The notes under the pieces were generated by a model. That model did not search any database, was not told the DNA's origin, and worked only from the letters and a program-made list of their open reading frames with translations. Both the position numbers and the translations under genes were made by a program. Shown here piece after piece: positions 47,661-58,980 of a stretch of DNA of 64,000 bases. Source of the DNA: Candidatus Omnitrophota bacterium (GTDB lineage: Bacteria; Omnitrophota; Omnitrophia; JAHJGZ01); NCBI GenBank assembly GCA_018823795.1, contig JAHJGZ010000081.1, positions 44,325 through 108,324 of the forward strand, read 5' to 3'. Each line of letters starts with the position of its first letter. Within the stretch, counting starts at the first letter, position 1.

Positions 47661-50039
47661 ATGTTTCAAAACAGGATGTTACACACTATGGGAAAAAGGG
47701 AAAAGAAAAAAATATTGTACATCATCGGCTTTGCCATCGTATGCATGGGTGCATATCTTTGTATGGGCAGTAACGTATGTGCACAACAGACGGAAGAGTC
47801 GGAGCAGGAAGATTACCTGCCGGAAGAGGACTATCTACCCTATGTGTCTGACGTGGTGGTTACGGGAAACTACATTGTCAGTTCAAACACTATTATCAAT
47901 AAGATCCAAACGCAAAAAGGTAATGAATTATCCCACGATGTTATTAATGAGGATATCAAACGGCTGTATGGTACCGGCTATTTTCAAGATGTACGATTTG
48001 ATTTAATCCCTGACGGCACTAATTTTAGCGTGGTTGTTGTGGTTGATGAAAAGTCGGTAGTGGAAAAAATTATTATTCAGGGAAATGAGACAATTAAAGA
48101 GACTACTTTACAGAAAGTGCTGGGAAGTAAGGAAGGACAAATTTTAGATCCTCATGTCTTAAAAGGAGATATTGCGAAGATTCGGAAAAAATATCTTGAT
48201 AAAGGCTTTAAATTTGTATCGATAGATTCGGATATCCAGGTCGACAAACGCACCAAAGCAGCGACGGTGACTATCATTATTGATGAAGGACAAAAATTTA
48301 AGATTACCGACATTCGTTTTGATGGGGCAACTGCCTTTAAGACGCACTTCTTGAAAAAACGGATGAAGACCAAAAAGAGGGCTCTGTGGCTTTGGCGTAC
48401 AGGTGTTTTTAAAGAGAAAAACTTTCAAGCTGACATAGAACGTCTTACCTACCTCTATCAAAAGGAAGGATATTTAGACGTTGCCATGGCGCCGGAATAT
48501 GAGTATGCCAAAAAAGATAATACAATGGTTATTGTCATTGTTGTTGATGAAGGGAAACAGTACATTACCGGGGATGTTCAAATTGTGGGGAATAGAATCT
48601 TTGTCGAAAGTGAAATTTGGGGAAAGCTTGAAATGCTTCCTGGTGAAGTCTACAGTCAAGTGCGCATGCAAAATGAACTTGATTCCTTGCGCCGGTTTTA
48701 TTTTGAGCGTGGGTACATTAATGCACGTATTGATCCTGAGACAAATTTGAATAAGGCAACTGGCCGGGTCGATATTAAGTATAAAATTATCGAAGGTGAT
48801 TTGTATTTTGTTGACAAGGTGAGCATACGCGGAAATACAAAAACAAAAGATACGGTGATACGACGCGAATTGCGTGTGCGTCCCGGAGAACAATTTGATG
48901 GTGAAAAACTTGAGTATTCAAAGACGCGTTTAAATAATTTGGGATTTTTTGAAGAAGTTTCCTATGAGACAGAACCGGGCACTGCCGCTGATAAACGCGA
49001 TGTTGTTTTTAATGTGACAGAAAAACAGACCGGGGAACTATCCTTTGGCGCGGGGATTAGTTCAATCGACCAATTTATGGGATTTTCAGAAATTGCGCAA
49101 CGCAATTTTGATATTATGAAGTGGCCACGCTTAACCGGCGGGGGGCAGAGTGTGTCGTTGAAGGCCAGAGTGGGAAGCGTTACCCGTGATCTCGATTTTA
49201 CTTTTGTTGAACCGTACATTTTAAATAAGCCGGTGTCTATGGGAATTAACGTGTACAACTGGGAACGCGAAGGGAATAATTTAGATTTTGATACCCGGCG
49301 GCGTGGTATCGGCCTTACCTTTGGGAAAAACTTTTCAGATCGCGTGAAAGGATTTGTTGGCTACACCATTGAAAGTGTCAAATTAACTGATATCTCCGCT
49401 GATGCACATGCTGATGTACTAGCATCAGGAGAGGAAAATACGTTGAGTCGGGTAAAAACAGGGATTGTGTATGACAGCCGTGATAATGTCTTTACGCCGA
49501 CTGCAGGATGGTATCTGAGTTCGTCAGCGGAAATGATCGGCGGCGTTGTCGGTGGGGATCAGGATTATTACAATCTCCAAGCCGGTGCAACAAAATTTTA
49601 CAGTTTCAAAAAAGATCATGTTTTTGAATTCAGGAATAGAGTTGGTTTTACGAATGACTTTGGCGATTCCTCTCAGGTTCCGGTGTTTGACCGTTTTTTT
49701 GCTGGCGGTTTGGGAACCGTGCGCGGGTACAATTACCGGCGTGTTGGACCAACGGGGGGTGGTGATCCTATCGGTGGAGAATCCCTCTTTTTAAGTAGTC
49801 TTGAATACGTTTTTCCACTTATTGAAAATTTTAAAGGTACGGCATTTATCGATGTAGGACATGTTAATTATGAATTTTTTAAGATGGATACAGGTGATAT
49901 TGCCGTCAGTATTGGTCCGGGACTGCGGGTGAATACACCCCTGGGGCCGATAACGTTTTATTACGGATTTCCCGTTGCTAATAAAGATGATAAAGACAAA
50001 AATGGGAGATTTGAATTTAATTTGAGCCGTGGATTCTAA
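47661..50039 (+). CDS. bamA: Outer-membrane protein assembly factor BamA (Omp85)
   Basis: Five POTRA-like repeats and a C-terminal barrel ending FEFNLSRGF. Followed by skp. Confidence 0.9.
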   Translation: MFQNRMLHTMGKREKKKILYIIGFAIVCMGAYLCMGSNVCAQQTEESEQEDYLPEEDYLPYVSDVVVTGNYIVSSNTIINKIQTQKGNELSHDVINEDIKRLYGTGYFQDVRFDLIPDGTNFSVVVVVDEKSVVEKIIIQGNETIKETTLQKVLGSKEGQILDPHVLKGDIAKIRKKYLDKGFKFVSIDSDIQVDKRTKAATVTIIIDEGQKFKITDIRFDGATAFKTHFLKKRMKTKKRALWLWRTGVFKEKNFQADIERLTYLYQKEGYLDVAMAPEYEYAKKDNTMVIVIVVDEGKQYITGDVQIVGNRIFVESEIWGKLEMLPGEVYSQVRMQNELDSLRRFYFERGYINARIDPETNLNKATGRVDIKYKIIEGDLYFVDKVSIRGNTKTKDTVIRRELRVRPGEQFDGEKLEYSKTRLNNLGFFEEVSYETEPGTAADKRDVVFNVTEKQTGELSFGAGISSIDQFMGFSEIAQRNFDIMKWPRLTGGGQSVSLKARVGSVTRDLDFTFVEPYILNKPVSMGINVYNWEREGNNLDFDTRRRGIGLTFGKNFSDRVKGFVGYTIESVKLTDISADAHADVLASGEENTLSRVKTGIVYDSRDNVFTPTAGWYLSSSAEMIGGVVGGDQDYYNLQAGATKFYSFKKDHVFEFRNRVGFTNDFGDSSQVPVFDRFFAGGLGTVRGYNYRRVGPTGGGDPIGGESLFLSSLEYVFPLIENFKGTAFIDVGHVNYEFFKMDTGDIAVSIGPGLRVNTPLGPITFYYGFPVANKDDKDKNGRFEFNLSRGF

Positions 50040-50422
50040 ATGAGGCCATACTTTATGGAGTCATTGGGGACGACATAAAGTATATGGCCGAATTTATACT
50101 TTGCCAGCTAGCTGGCAAAGTATTTAATCGCGTGGCTCGGTTGAATCCAGCACAGCTGGATAAATGTATCCCCACACTAATTGTATGAAAAGAGATTTAC
50201 AAGAATTGGTGTGGGGGTACATGTCTGTATACACCAAAACCCGATTAGACAATGTTTTTGTATGCTGTTTAACGGGATACGTGAAGCCCAAATTTACGGA
50301 GCAGAATGCGACGTAAGTTTGTTGGCTGAACATATACTTTGCCAGCTGACTGGCAAAGTATTAATTCGACCATATCACTTACGTTGTCATCGTGACACCG
50401 TAAGTAATGGTCTCATTAAAGG
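50037..50422. repeat. Hairpin-module cluster (about 8 modules) filling the entire bamA-skp spacer
   Basis: TAAATGA, then GGCCATACTTTATGG.., GAATTTA, the perfect palindrome TACTTTGCCAGCTAGCTGGCAAAGTA, and CCCCACAC(T)AATTG/CAATTGGTGTGGGG. The GATACGTGA composite follows (50276-50367), then GACCAT..ACTTACG/CGTAAGTAATGGTC and TCATTAAAGG. Confidence 0.85.
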
Positions 50423-50432
50423 AGAGCGTACC

Positions 50433-50957
50433 ATGAATCGACAAGTGAGAAAGTATGGCGTAATCGGTGTTGTAGCAGTGTGTTGTATCTTTCTTTTTTC
50501 AGGCATTAGTGTAGCAGGAGAAAAAACGGGATACGTTAATATGGAAGTATTATTTGATAGTTATGAAAAGACAAAAGATGCCGATGCCGCGATTACTCAA
50601 TTAGCGAATGCAAAACAAATCGAACGTGATGCATTGGTTGAAAATATTCGCCGCATGAAAGATGAAATGGTCGTTCTTGCAGAGGAAGGCGAAGCGCGAC
50701 GAAAAAAGCAAGAGGACATAGATCGGCAAATAAAAGATTTACAGGCATTTGATGAAGAGACGAGAAAAGACTTGCGAGGGGTACGCGATGAGAGGGTAAA
50801 GGAAATATTTGATGATCTCGATGCGGCGATCAAAACGTATGGGCAGAAAAAAGGATATGATTTAATCTTTAATAACCGTGCGCTTGCTTACAGCAGTGAC
50901 GATTTTGATGTGACCGATGCTATTTTAAAAGACCTTAATAGTAATTATAAAAAATAA
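50433..50957 (+). CDS. skp: OmpH/Skp-family periplasmic chaperone
   Basis: Signal peptide then a coiled-coil, located between bamA and the lpx genes. ATG 50433 was chosen because upstream codons of the track ORF are repeat DNA. Confidence 0.75.
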   Translation: MNRQVRKYGVIGVVAVCCIFLFSGISVAGEKTGYVNMEVLFDSYEKTKDADAAITQLANAKQIERDALVENIRRMKDEMVVLAEEGEARRKKQEDIDRQIKDLQAFDEETRKDLRGVRDERVKEIFDDLDAAIKTYGQKKGYDLIFNNRALAYSSDDFDVTDAILKDLNSNYKK

Positions 50958-50976
50958 TTCGAAAGAGTGTTGAACA

Positions 50977-52290
50977 ATGGGAAAACAAAAGACCTTAAAA
51001 AGTTCCTTTTCCATAAAAGGTGTGGGGTTGCATACGGGGAAAGCGGTTACCGTTACCGCAGAGCCAGCGCCGCCCGGAAGCGGTATTGTTTTTAAATATG
51101 TTGATGATGCAGAGACGCACGAGGTGCGAGCTACCGTTGATAACATCATTATTGGAGGAAGGCAAACAGCACTGAGATGTGGCGCCAAGCAAATCCAGAC
51201 TATTGAGCATCTCATGGCAAGTCTGAATGCATTCGGTATTACAAACGCGATTATCAAAATAGATAATAGTGAATTACCCGCTCTTGATGGTAGTGCGCTC
51301 TCCTATGCACGTGAAATTGAAGACGTTGGTACTCAAGAGCAGGCGGCCGAGCAGAACGTTGTAGAGGTTACTGAACCGGTTTACTTGGAAACAGAGACGA
51401 CATCGACGGTTGTTTTGCCTCATCCGGAACTGCGCATTTCATATACCCTAAGTTACAACCATCCGGCACTGTCTGATCAGTTTGTTACCTACACCGTTGA
51501 TGAGAAGACCTTTGTTAATGAACTGGCTCCTGCGCGGACCTTTTGTTTAAAAGAAGAGGCAGACGCATTACTCGCACAGGGGTATGGGAAAGGTGCGAAT
51601 TATCAAAACACCTTAGTTTTTGATGATAATGTTCCTGTTGACAATACGCTCCGTTTTCCCGATGAAGCAGCCCGTCATAAGGTGGTTGATTTAATCGGTG
51701 ATCTGTATTTATTAGGATGTCCGTTAAAAGGACATATTATTACGTGCCGCACGGGACACGTTCAGAATGTTGAACTCGTTAAAAGATTATCTGCCTTAAA
51801 GAAAAAGGCCACTCGTGCGGACAATAAAGAAGGAGTGCTTGACATGATAAACAAACGGCAATTTGACATTAACGACATTCAAAAAATCCTGCCACACCGG
51901 TATCCGTTTCTTTTAATTGACAGAGTCATTAGCCTTGAACCGGGGAAACGTATCATTGCGATAAAAAATGTGACTATTAATGAGCCATTCTTTCAAGGGC
52001 ATTTTGAGGGACATCCGATTATGCCGGGGGTATTAATTATTGAGGCAATGGCTCAGGCTGGCGGCATTCTTACTATGTTAAAAGAAGAAAATCAGGGTGA
52101 TAAGGTTGCCTATTTCATGAGTATTGATAAAGCAAAATTTCGTTCTCCCGTTGTGCCGGGCGACCAACTTCGTTTTGATATTACTATGATTCGCGCAAAA
52201 GGAAGAATTGGCATTTGTGCGTGTAAAGCTTATGTTGAAGAAAAACTTGTGTGTGAGGCGGAAGTTAAATTTACGGTCATGGATAGATAA
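50977..52290 (+). CDS. lpxC-fabZ: Bifunctional LpxC deacetylase / FabZ dehydratase fusion
   Basis: N-terminal LpxC (GVGLHTGK, HKVVDLIGDL) and C-terminal FabZ (LPHRYPFLLIDRV, FFQGHFEGHPIMPGVL). Confidence 0.9.
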   Translation: MGKQKTLKSSFSIKGVGLHTGKAVTVTAEPAPPGSGIVFKYVDDAETHEVRATVDNIIIGGRQTALRCGAKQIQTIEHLMASLNAFGITNAIIKIDNSELPALDGSALSYAREIEDVGTQEQAAEQNVVEVTEPVYLETETTSTVVLPHPELRISYTLSYNHPALSDQFVTYTVDEKTFVNELAPARTFCLKEEADALLAQGYGKGANYQNTLVFDDNVPVDNTLRFPDEAARHKVVDLIGDLYLLGCPLKGHIITCRTGHVQNVELVKRLSALKKKATRADNKEGVLDMINKRQFDINDIQKILPHRYPFLLIDRVISLEPGKRIIAIKNVTINEPFFQGHFEGHPIMPGVLIIEAMAQAGGILTMLKEENQGDKVAYFMSIDKAKFRSPVVPGDQLRFDITMIRAKGRIGICACKAYVEEKLVCEAEVKFTVMDR

Positions 52291-52303
52291 TGGATACAGT
52301 ATT

Positions 52304-53095
52304 ATGAGTGAAACTATGGAAAAAATAAAAATTCATCCGACTGCTATTCTAGAACAAGGGGCGCAATTGGCAAGCGGCGTTGAGGTCGGGCCTTTTTCTA
52401 TTATTAAGAAAAATGTTACCATTGGGGAGCGTACAAAAGTCGGCGATCGGGTGACGATTGAAGGATGGACAACGATTGGTGAAGACTGTGAAATCTTTAC
52501 CGGTGCTGTCATCGGTAGTATTACGCAGGATAAAAAGTTTAAAGGGGGAAAAAGTTATCTCCGCATTGGCAACAGAAATAAGATCAGAGAATACGTGACG
52601 ATGAATCCGGGTACGGGTGATGGCACCGAGACGGTTGTCGGTGATGATAATCTTTTAATGGCATACAGCCATGTAGCACATGATTGTACCATACATAATA
52701 ATGCGACCTTAGCGAACGTGGCAACATTGGCAGGGCATGTCATTGTTGAGGATAGAGCGATTATTGGAGGATTAAGTGCGGTTCATCAGTTTGTACGCAT
52801 TGGAACTCTTTCTATTGTTGGTGGGTGTTCAAAGGTTGTTCAAGATATTCCGCCCTACATAATGACTGACGGACATCCGGTTCGGGCGTATGGCCTCAAT
52901 TCAGTTGGGTTAGAAAGAGCACATATACCGAAAGAAGAAAGAACTGAACTGAAAAAAGCTTTTAAAATTATTTTTAAGTCCAAACTTACCTTGAAAAATG
53001 CTATTCTAAAAATTGAGCAGGACGTACAAAAAACCCCTACCATTAATACTCTCCTTGTGTTTTTAAAAAAATCTGAAAGAGGTATTTGTAAATAA
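52304..53095 (+). CDS. lpxA: Acyl-ACP--UDP-GlcNAc O-acyltransferase
   Basis: IHPTAILEQGAQLASGVEVGPFSII hexapeptide repeats and a C-terminal helical domain. Confidence 0.9.
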   Translation: MSETMEKIKIHPTAILEQGAQLASGVEVGPFSIIKKNVTIGERTKVGDRVTIEGWTTIGEDCEIFTGAVIGSITQDKKFKGGKSYLRIGNRNKIREYVTMNPGTGDGTETVVGDDNLLMAYSHVAHDCTIHNNATLANVATLAGHVIVEDRAIIGGLSAVHQFVRIGTLSIVGGCSKVVQDIPPYIMTDGHPVRAYGLNSVGLERAHIPKEERTELKKAFKIIFKSKLTLKNAILKIEQDVQKTPTINTLLVFLKKSERGICK

Positions 53096-53122
53096 GCGCT
53101 ATCAGAAAGAGTATTTTTATTT

Positions 53123-53926
53123 ATGAAAAAAGTTGGCATCATTGCCGGAAATGGCAGATTACCGTTCATTGCTTCCGCGGCAGCTCGCCAGAGAGGCCAT
53201 GAGGTTTTTGTCGGTGCTATTAAAGGAGAGGCAGCTGAAGAGATCGGTTTCTCTGCAACAGAGATTGCGTGGGTTAAATTAGGTGAGCTTAAGAAGCTTG
53301 CTCATTTTTTTAAGCAACATTCTGTGGAAAATATTTGTTTTGAGGGAAAAATCACCAAAACAAATATTTTTTCCGGTCATATTAAGCCTGATGTGGACAT
53401 GATGCTACTTTTTATGCGCCTTAAGAATAAACAGGATGATACTATTCTCAGTGCTCTTTGTAACTATTTTGAAGGGAAGGGGATCCATGTGTTGCATTCA
53501 ACGTCTTTTCTTGAGGATTGCTTACCCGGACGAGGATGTTTAACAAAAAAGAAGCCGACAAAATCACAGAATGAGGATATTCAATTTGGGTGGTCACTCG
53601 CAAAAGAAAGTGCGCGTTTAGATATTGGACAATCGGTTGTGGTAAAAGAAAAAGCAGTGTTAGCTATTGAAGCGATTGAGGGAACTGATGAGGCAATTAA
53701 ACGTGGTGGCACACTCGGTCATGGCGGCGTCGTTGTGGTGAAAGTCGCAAAGCCAAACCAAGATATGCGTTTTGATGTTCCAACTATTGGGCCGATGACG
53801 ATTCAATCTTTAATTCAGGCGCAGGCTTCTGTTTTAGCATTTGAAGCAGGGAAAACCATATTAGTTGAACAAGACACGGTCGTAACAATGGCGAATAAAA
53901 ACGGTATTGTTCTGATGGGCGTGTAA
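53123..53926 (+). CDS. lpxI: UDP-2,3-diacylglucosamine pyrophosphatase LpxI (DUF1009)
   Basis: GIIAGNGRLPF N-terminus, DIGQSVVVKEKAVLAIEAIEGTDEAIKRGG, FDVPTIGPMT. Confidence 0.8.
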   Translation: MKKVGIIAGNGRLPFIASAAARQRGHEVFVGAIKGEAAEEIGFSATEIAWVKLGELKKLAHFFKQHSVENICFEGKITKTNIFSGHIKPDVDMMLLFMRLKNKQDDTILSALCNYFEGKGIHVLHSTSFLEDCLPGRGCLTKKKPTKSQNEDIQFGWSLAKESARLDIGQSVVVKEKAVLAIEAIEGTDEAIKRGGTLGHGGVVVVKVAKPNQDMRFDVPTIGPMTIQSLIQAQASVLAFEAGKTILVEQDTVVTMANKNGIVLMGV

Positions 53927-53946
53927 TACATACGAGAGGTTCAATA

Positions 53947-54135
53947 ATGCTGCGGATATTTCTTTTACGCATTTTAAGCATTGGACTTGTTGTGTACATC
54001 GTATACTTTCTTTCCCAGTTCTTGATTACCAAACAAAAATTGTTATGGCAGAAGAAAACGATGCGTGATTTAGAAAAGGCCGATTACGATAAGAAAGAAT
54101 GGGAAAAAATTAAGGACGAACTTAAAAAGAAGTAA
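53947..54135 (+). CDS. Hypothetical small membrane protein
   Basis: One TM helix then a Lys/Glu-rich tail. No recognised family. Confidence 0.35.
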   Translation: MLRIFLLRILSIGLVVYIVYFLSQFLITKQKLLWQKKTMRDLEKADYDKKEWEKIKDELKKK

Positions 54136-54148
54136 CTATTTTTTCATT

Positions 54149-54865
54149 ATGCAGAGTACGAAACGTGTTGTCGCGGCTGTATGTATGGGGGTGATACTGA
54201 TTACTACTCCTTCCTATGCTGATACTGATGAGTATCAAAAATACCGTGAGGCAATGGTTACCAAACAAATTATTCGCCGGGGAATTAAGAGTCCGCAGGT
54301 GTTAGCTGCGCTCAAAAAAGTTCCGCGGCATGAATTTGTTCCTTCTGAAGAACAAAGACGTGCGTATGAAGATTATCCGCTCCCGATAGGTTTTGGACAA
54401 ACAATTTCGCAGCCCTTTATTGTTGCACTCATGACTGAACGGGCCCGGCTTAAGGAAGACGATGTTGTTTTAGAAATCGGGACAGGATCGGGATATCAAG
54501 CAGCCATTTTAGGTGAATGCGTCAGCACCGTTTATACCATTGAAATTATTCCGGAACTTGCGTATCGAGCAAAGAATGTCTTGCAGCAATTAGGCTATTC
54601 AAATATTCATGTTAAAGTCGGCGATGGCTATCTCGGATGGGAAGAACACGCTCCGTTTGATGTTATTATCATTACTGCTGCGGCACACGATATTCCGCCA
54701 CCGTTAGTCGAGCAACTGAAAGTTGGTGGTCATATGGTGTTGCCGGTTGATGAAGGACCGGGCTATCAAATGCTTAAGATCGTGCGTAAACATGATGATG
54801 GAAGTATTCGCGAAGAAAATATTATTCCGGTTCGATTTGTTCCGTTAGTGCGGGACAAACGTTGA
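54149..54865 (+). CDS. pcm: Protein-L-isoaspartate O-methyltransferase (with signal peptide)
   Basis: VPRHEFVP, GQTISQPFIVALM, VLEIGTGSGYQAA. Confidence 0.9.
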   Translation: MQSTKRVVAAVCMGVILITTPSYADTDEYQKYREAMVTKQIIRRGIKSPQVLAALKKVPRHEFVPSEEQRRAYEDYPLPIGFGQTISQPFIVALMTERARLKEDDVVLEIGTGSGYQAAILGECVSTVYTIEIIPELAYRAKNVLQQLGYSNIHVKVGDGYLGWEEHAPFDVIIITAAAHDIPPPLVEQLKVGGHMVLPVDEGPGYQMLKIVRKHDDGSIREENIIPVRFVPLVRDKR

Positions 54866-55239
54866 ATACCGTGTACAGTCGCCTACCATCTCCCTACCAC
54901 GTGAGCGTTTTTATCCAACAGCATGCTTTTTATGCGATAACGGAAAGGGACGAAGATTTTTTTCAAGGAGTTGCAACTCTTTTAACGTAAAAGTATTTTT
55001 TGTAATAAATGAGTTTAAGGACAGTTTAAGATTTTTCTGCAATCTCAATTTTGACGTTTTTATGCCTGCCATGATATGACTCCTTTCATGTATTCCTCTC
55101 TATACTTACGGCATAATCAGCGTGTAACTTTAGGCAAGGCATTCTCTTATCGTATAAAACGCCTCCCACAAGTATGCTGAGTGGATTATTTCTGAAATGA
55201 CCGTTAGGTATACGAAGTATCCTTATGAAGAGTATTGCA

Positions 55240-56076
55240 TTAGCGGTGAACAGCCTGAATCTCTTGCGCTTTGTTACGGAATTCATCTGCTTTATCTATG
55301 TTACCGAGCGTGGAATAAATCTTTGCCACATTCAGTAAGAGCAGTCTATCTGAAGGGGTGAATTCAAGGAGGGTTTTATATTCGATAAGAGCATTTTTTA
55401 GATTACCTGATTGATAATATGCTTCAGCCAAAAGATTCCTTATTTTCGTATCAAAATGGTGCCCGTTAAGATAGTTTTTAAAATAGGTAACCGCCATCTC
55501 AGTGTTTCCTAACAAGTAATATGAATATGCTAAATATCGTGTTGTTTCAAGATCGAGGGGATTATGTTCAAGAACTATTGTTAATTCAGCAATAGCTTTT
55601 TCGTATTCTTTTACATAAAAGTGAGACAAACCTAATTTATAGCGAGTTTCGAAATCATCAGGATTATTTTTAATGGTTTTTTTAAATTTTTCAAATGATT
55701 CAAGAAATGCATCGTGGCTACCAAAAAAGTTAATAAAGTATGACATTTCGGCGTCAGTATCAACATCTCCATAGGACATTGCATGAGATGAAGTTTTTTT
55801 TGAAGGTACTGCTTTTTCTTTTTTCTCCTCACGTGTATCTGGCACATCGTCAAGTTCTTCTTCAAAAGAAAAAGAAGGGATAATAGATTTAATTTCGCTT
55901 TTTTGAAAAGGTAACGTTCCCCCTTGAAACTGTATCGTAACGGTTGTATCAGTTTCTTTGATAATTTTTCCTTCCATGCTGTCGCCGTTGGTAAATTCTA
56001 TTTTCTCTCCATAGACAGTGGCTATGCTCCCGAAACATATGATGATAAAAATAGTAAAATAAAAATATTTCTTCAT
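55240..56076 (-). CDS. Secreted TPR-repeat protein
   Basis: Signal peptide and C-terminal TPR repeats. Confidence 0.7.
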   Translation of the reverse strand: MKKYFYFTIFIIICFGSIATVYGEKIEFTNGDSMEGKIIKETDTTVTIQFQGGTLPFQKSEIKSIIPSFSFEEELDDVPDTREEKKEKAVPSKKTSSHAMSYGDVDTDAEMSYFINFFGSHDAFLESFEKFKKTIKNNPDDFETRYKLGLSHFYVKEYEKAIAELTIVLEHNPLDLETTRYLAYSYYLLGNTEMAVTYFKNYLNGHHFDTKIRNLLAEAYYQSGNLKNALIEYKTLLEFTPSDRLLLLNVAKIYSTLGNIDKADEFRNKAQEIQAVHR

Positions 56077-56258
56077 ATCGTTATCCTTCTATGTATGAGT
56101 TTCGATTACAATAATTTCACTCTATTATACCATGCACGCTCTCCTCAGAGACTCTTTTTCTTGCGATGAGAACCATTGCGCATAGCTCGAATGGCTTTCC
56201 AAGGCCGTGCGGATTTAGTATAATAGTAATGAAAATTATAACAATATGAGAGGGGAGT

Positions 56259-56453
56259 ATGAATAAAAAAGTAAAATTTTTATGTATAACGGTTAGTGTT
56301 GTAATACTCGTTATCTGCACACAGACCTTTGTTTTTCAAACAAGGAACTTAGTCGATATTCCGGTATTGTTTCTGCTTGCAATTGTTGGCGTTCTTTTCG
56401 TCATGTGGTTTCGCGGTTTGAAGAAGAAAGACAAAGATAAAGGCATGATGTAA
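56259..56453 (+). CDS. Hypothetical two-TM small protein
   Basis: ORF with two hydrophobic segments. No recognised family. Confidence 0.3.
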   Translation: MNKKVKFLCITVSVVILVICTQTFVFQTRNLVDIPVLFLLAIVGVLFVMWFRGLKKKDKDKGMM

Positions 56454-56934
56454 TTTTTGAGCATACTGCACTCAAGAAGTTGAAAATTTATTGTTTTTCC
56501 CTCCCATGTCTCAGCTCAATTCGGAAAACACCTCAGAAGATTTTTAACTTAATTATTTACAATAAGATAGGTTAAAACGTGACAATGCAAAGTGGAGGAA
56601 GTATGTGTCTTACCAGTCATTGTATTATTGACCAAACACCAATCGTCATATTATTATAAGATGTTTATCGACAATAAGTTAAATGCACTATTGAGCGTTT
56701 ATTAAGATATTCTCTTAAAAAGATAAATAAAATAAAATTAACAACTTGTTAACAAGAGAGAACTTATGCTATAATTCATTCCTTATATGATGCTCAATTT
56801 ATAGTGAGTCTTATAACCTATAGCTATTAAAAGCGTTATGATAGGTTGTACTGCTCCTAAGAATAAATTATAGCAGTTAAATAAAGGGCTGCGAATTGAG
56901 ATAAAAAAGCGTGTTGGAGGAGGAGTGTGTGTCT

Positions 56935-58968
56935 ATGAGCGATGAGCAAAAACAATCTGATGATAAAAAGAATCAAGAGTCCCAAAAGCCTAGTTTTTTC
57001 GGCAAATACAATAAAACGGAAAAGGATCGCAATAAGATAATTTTCTTTGCGTTACTGATTGTTTCCGCATTAATTGTCATGCAACTTTTCCTTGCTCCGG
57101 AAATTGTCATAAAAAAACTATCGTACAGTGAGTTTTACAATATTGTCGCACGCAATAGAGAAACAGGAAAAATCGAGTCGTGTGAATTAGTGGAAAATCA
57201 AATCCGCGGGAAATTTCAATCCGGTGTTTACTTTCAAGTGAACGTTGCCCCTGGAGATTTAGAACTTATTCCTTTGCTACGGGAAAACATTCCCGAATTT
57301 ACGGTTAATCCGCCAAAGATTTTTTGGCGCAATATGCTCTATTCACTTCTTCCCGTCCTCTTTTTAATTGCTTTTTTCTATTTTTTTATTTATCGGGGAG
57401 CCCAAAAAGGGGGCGGTGGCCTTCTTTCATTTGGTAAATCACGGGCCCGCCAGTTAGCGGCAGATAAAAATCGCATAACCTTTAAGGATGTTGCGGGCGT
57501 TGATGAAGCCAAAGAAGAATTGCAAGAAATAATCGAATTTTTAAAAGATCCCCATAGGTTTCAAAAATTAGGAGGAAGAATTCCAAAAGGGGTTTTGTTA
57601 ATGGGACATCCTGGAACGGGAAAAACCCTTTTAGCAAAGGCGGTTGCTGGGGAAGCGGAAGTGCCGTTTTTTTCTATTAGCGGTTCTGATTTTGTTGAAA
57701 TGTTTGTTGGCGTTGGTGCCTCTCGCGTGCGGGATCTTTTTGAAAAGGCAAAAAAATGTGCGAAGACGTCTGGTAAAGGATCGATTATCTTTATTGATGA
57801 AATTGATGCTGTTGGACGGCAGCGTTTTGCAGGTGTTGGTGGTGGCCATGATGAACGAGAACAAACATTAAATGCGCTCCTTTCTGAAATGGATGGTTTT
57901 GATACACAAGAAGGGGTCATCCTGATTGGTGCTACGAATAGACCCGATGTGCTTGATTCTGCCCTTATGCGTCCCGGTCGATTTGATCGGCAAATAGTGG
58001 TTGATCGGCCGGATATTAATGGACGCGAAGCAATCTTGAAGGTGCATGTACGGAATGTAACCTTGGCAAAAGATATGGATTTTAAAAGGATTGCACAGCA
58101 GACATCCGGTTTCTCAGGGGCTGATTTGGCAAACTTAGTGAACGAGGCAGCGCTCCTTGCCGCTCGTTTTAATAAAGAGACAGTCGGCCAAGATGAAATG
58201 GAGACATCGATTGAAAAGGTTATGGCGGGACCGGAACGAAAAAGTAGAGTGATCTCAAAAGGGGAAAAGAAAATTACTGCATATCATGAATCAGGACACG
58301 CCTTAATAGGACTTCTTTTAAAAGACGAAAATCCATTACATAAAGTCACCATAATTCCACGAGGTCGGGCAATGGGGTATACCATGCAGCTTCCTTTTGA
58401 AGATAGATATTTAAAAACGAAAAAGGAATTAATAAAAGCAATCACTATTTTATTAGGAGGACGAGTTGCCGAAGAAGTCGCGCTCAATGATATCTCATCG
58501 GGAGCGCTTGATGATATTGATCGTGCGACCGACTGTGCAAAAATGATGGTATGCGTGTATGGCATGAGTGAAAGAATGGGAAGTATTAAATTTGGAAGAC
58601 GGGATAGAGAAATATTTCTCGGCAGAGACATGTTTGCTGAACGTGATTACTCCGAGCAAACGGCAATTACAATTGACGAAGAAGTTAAACGTATTATTGA
58701 TGAGTGTAAAAAAAATGCAACGGAGTTACTTGCCGAACATCGGGATAAATTGGACACATTAGCAAAAGCATTGCTTGAGCGGGAAGTGTTGGATGGTGAT
58801 GAAGTTCGAAAGATAGTCGGTGTCCCGCTCGAAGAGGATAGCGACATATACGATAAAAAGAAAACAAAACAGGTAAAAAAGACACAAAAACAGCAAAATA
58901 AAGAAAACAAGCAATTGGATTTTCACCAAGGCGACACTAACGGTAATAATGGAATAGAAAAAGAGTAA
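56935..58968 (+). CDS. ftsH: ATP-dependent zinc metalloprotease FtsH
   Basis: [34 protein letters not shown] zinc motif. ATG 56935 follows GGAGGAGG. Confidence 0.95.
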   Translation: MSDEQKQSDDKKNQESQKPSFFGKYNKTEKDRNKIIFFALLIVSALIVMQLFLAPEIVIKKLSYSEFYNIVARNRETGKIESCELVENQIRGKFQSGVYFQVNVAPGDLELIPLLRENIPEFTVNPPKIFWRNMLYSLLPVLFLIAFFYFFIYRGAQKGGGGLLSFGKSRARQLAADKNRITFKDVAGVDEAKEELQEIIEFLKDPHRFQKLGGRIPKGVLLMGHPGTGKTLLAKAVAGEAEVPFFSISGSDFVEMFVGVGASRVRDLFEKAKKCAKTSGKGSIIFIDEIDAVGRQRFAGVGGGHDEREQTLNALLSEMDGFDTQEGVILIGATNRPDVLDSALMRPGRFDRQIVVDRPDINGREAILKVHVRNVTLAKDMDFKRIAQQTSGFSGADLANLVNEAALLAARFNKETVGQDEMETSIEKVMAGPERKSRVISKGEKKITAYHESGHALIGLLLKDENPLHKVTIIPRGRAMGYTMQLPFEDRYLKTKKELIKAITILLGGRVAEEVALNDISSGALDDIDRATDCAKMMVCVYGMSERMGSIKFGRRDREIFLGRDMFAERDYSEQTAITIDEEVKRIIDECKKNATELLAEHRDKLDTLAKALLEREVLDGDEVRKIVGVPLEEDSDIYDKKKTKQVKKTQKQQNKENKQLDFHQGDTNGNNGIEKE

Positions 58969-58980
58969 TGGTCTTTTAAC

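Noticed and set aside
56460-56910. 450-bp AT-rich spacer upstream of ftsH containing the palindrome CTTGTTAACAAG and a TATAAT box.
   Set aside because: It is plausibly just the ftsH promoter/leader. I could support no repeat-family membership, ORF or recognisable RNA motif.
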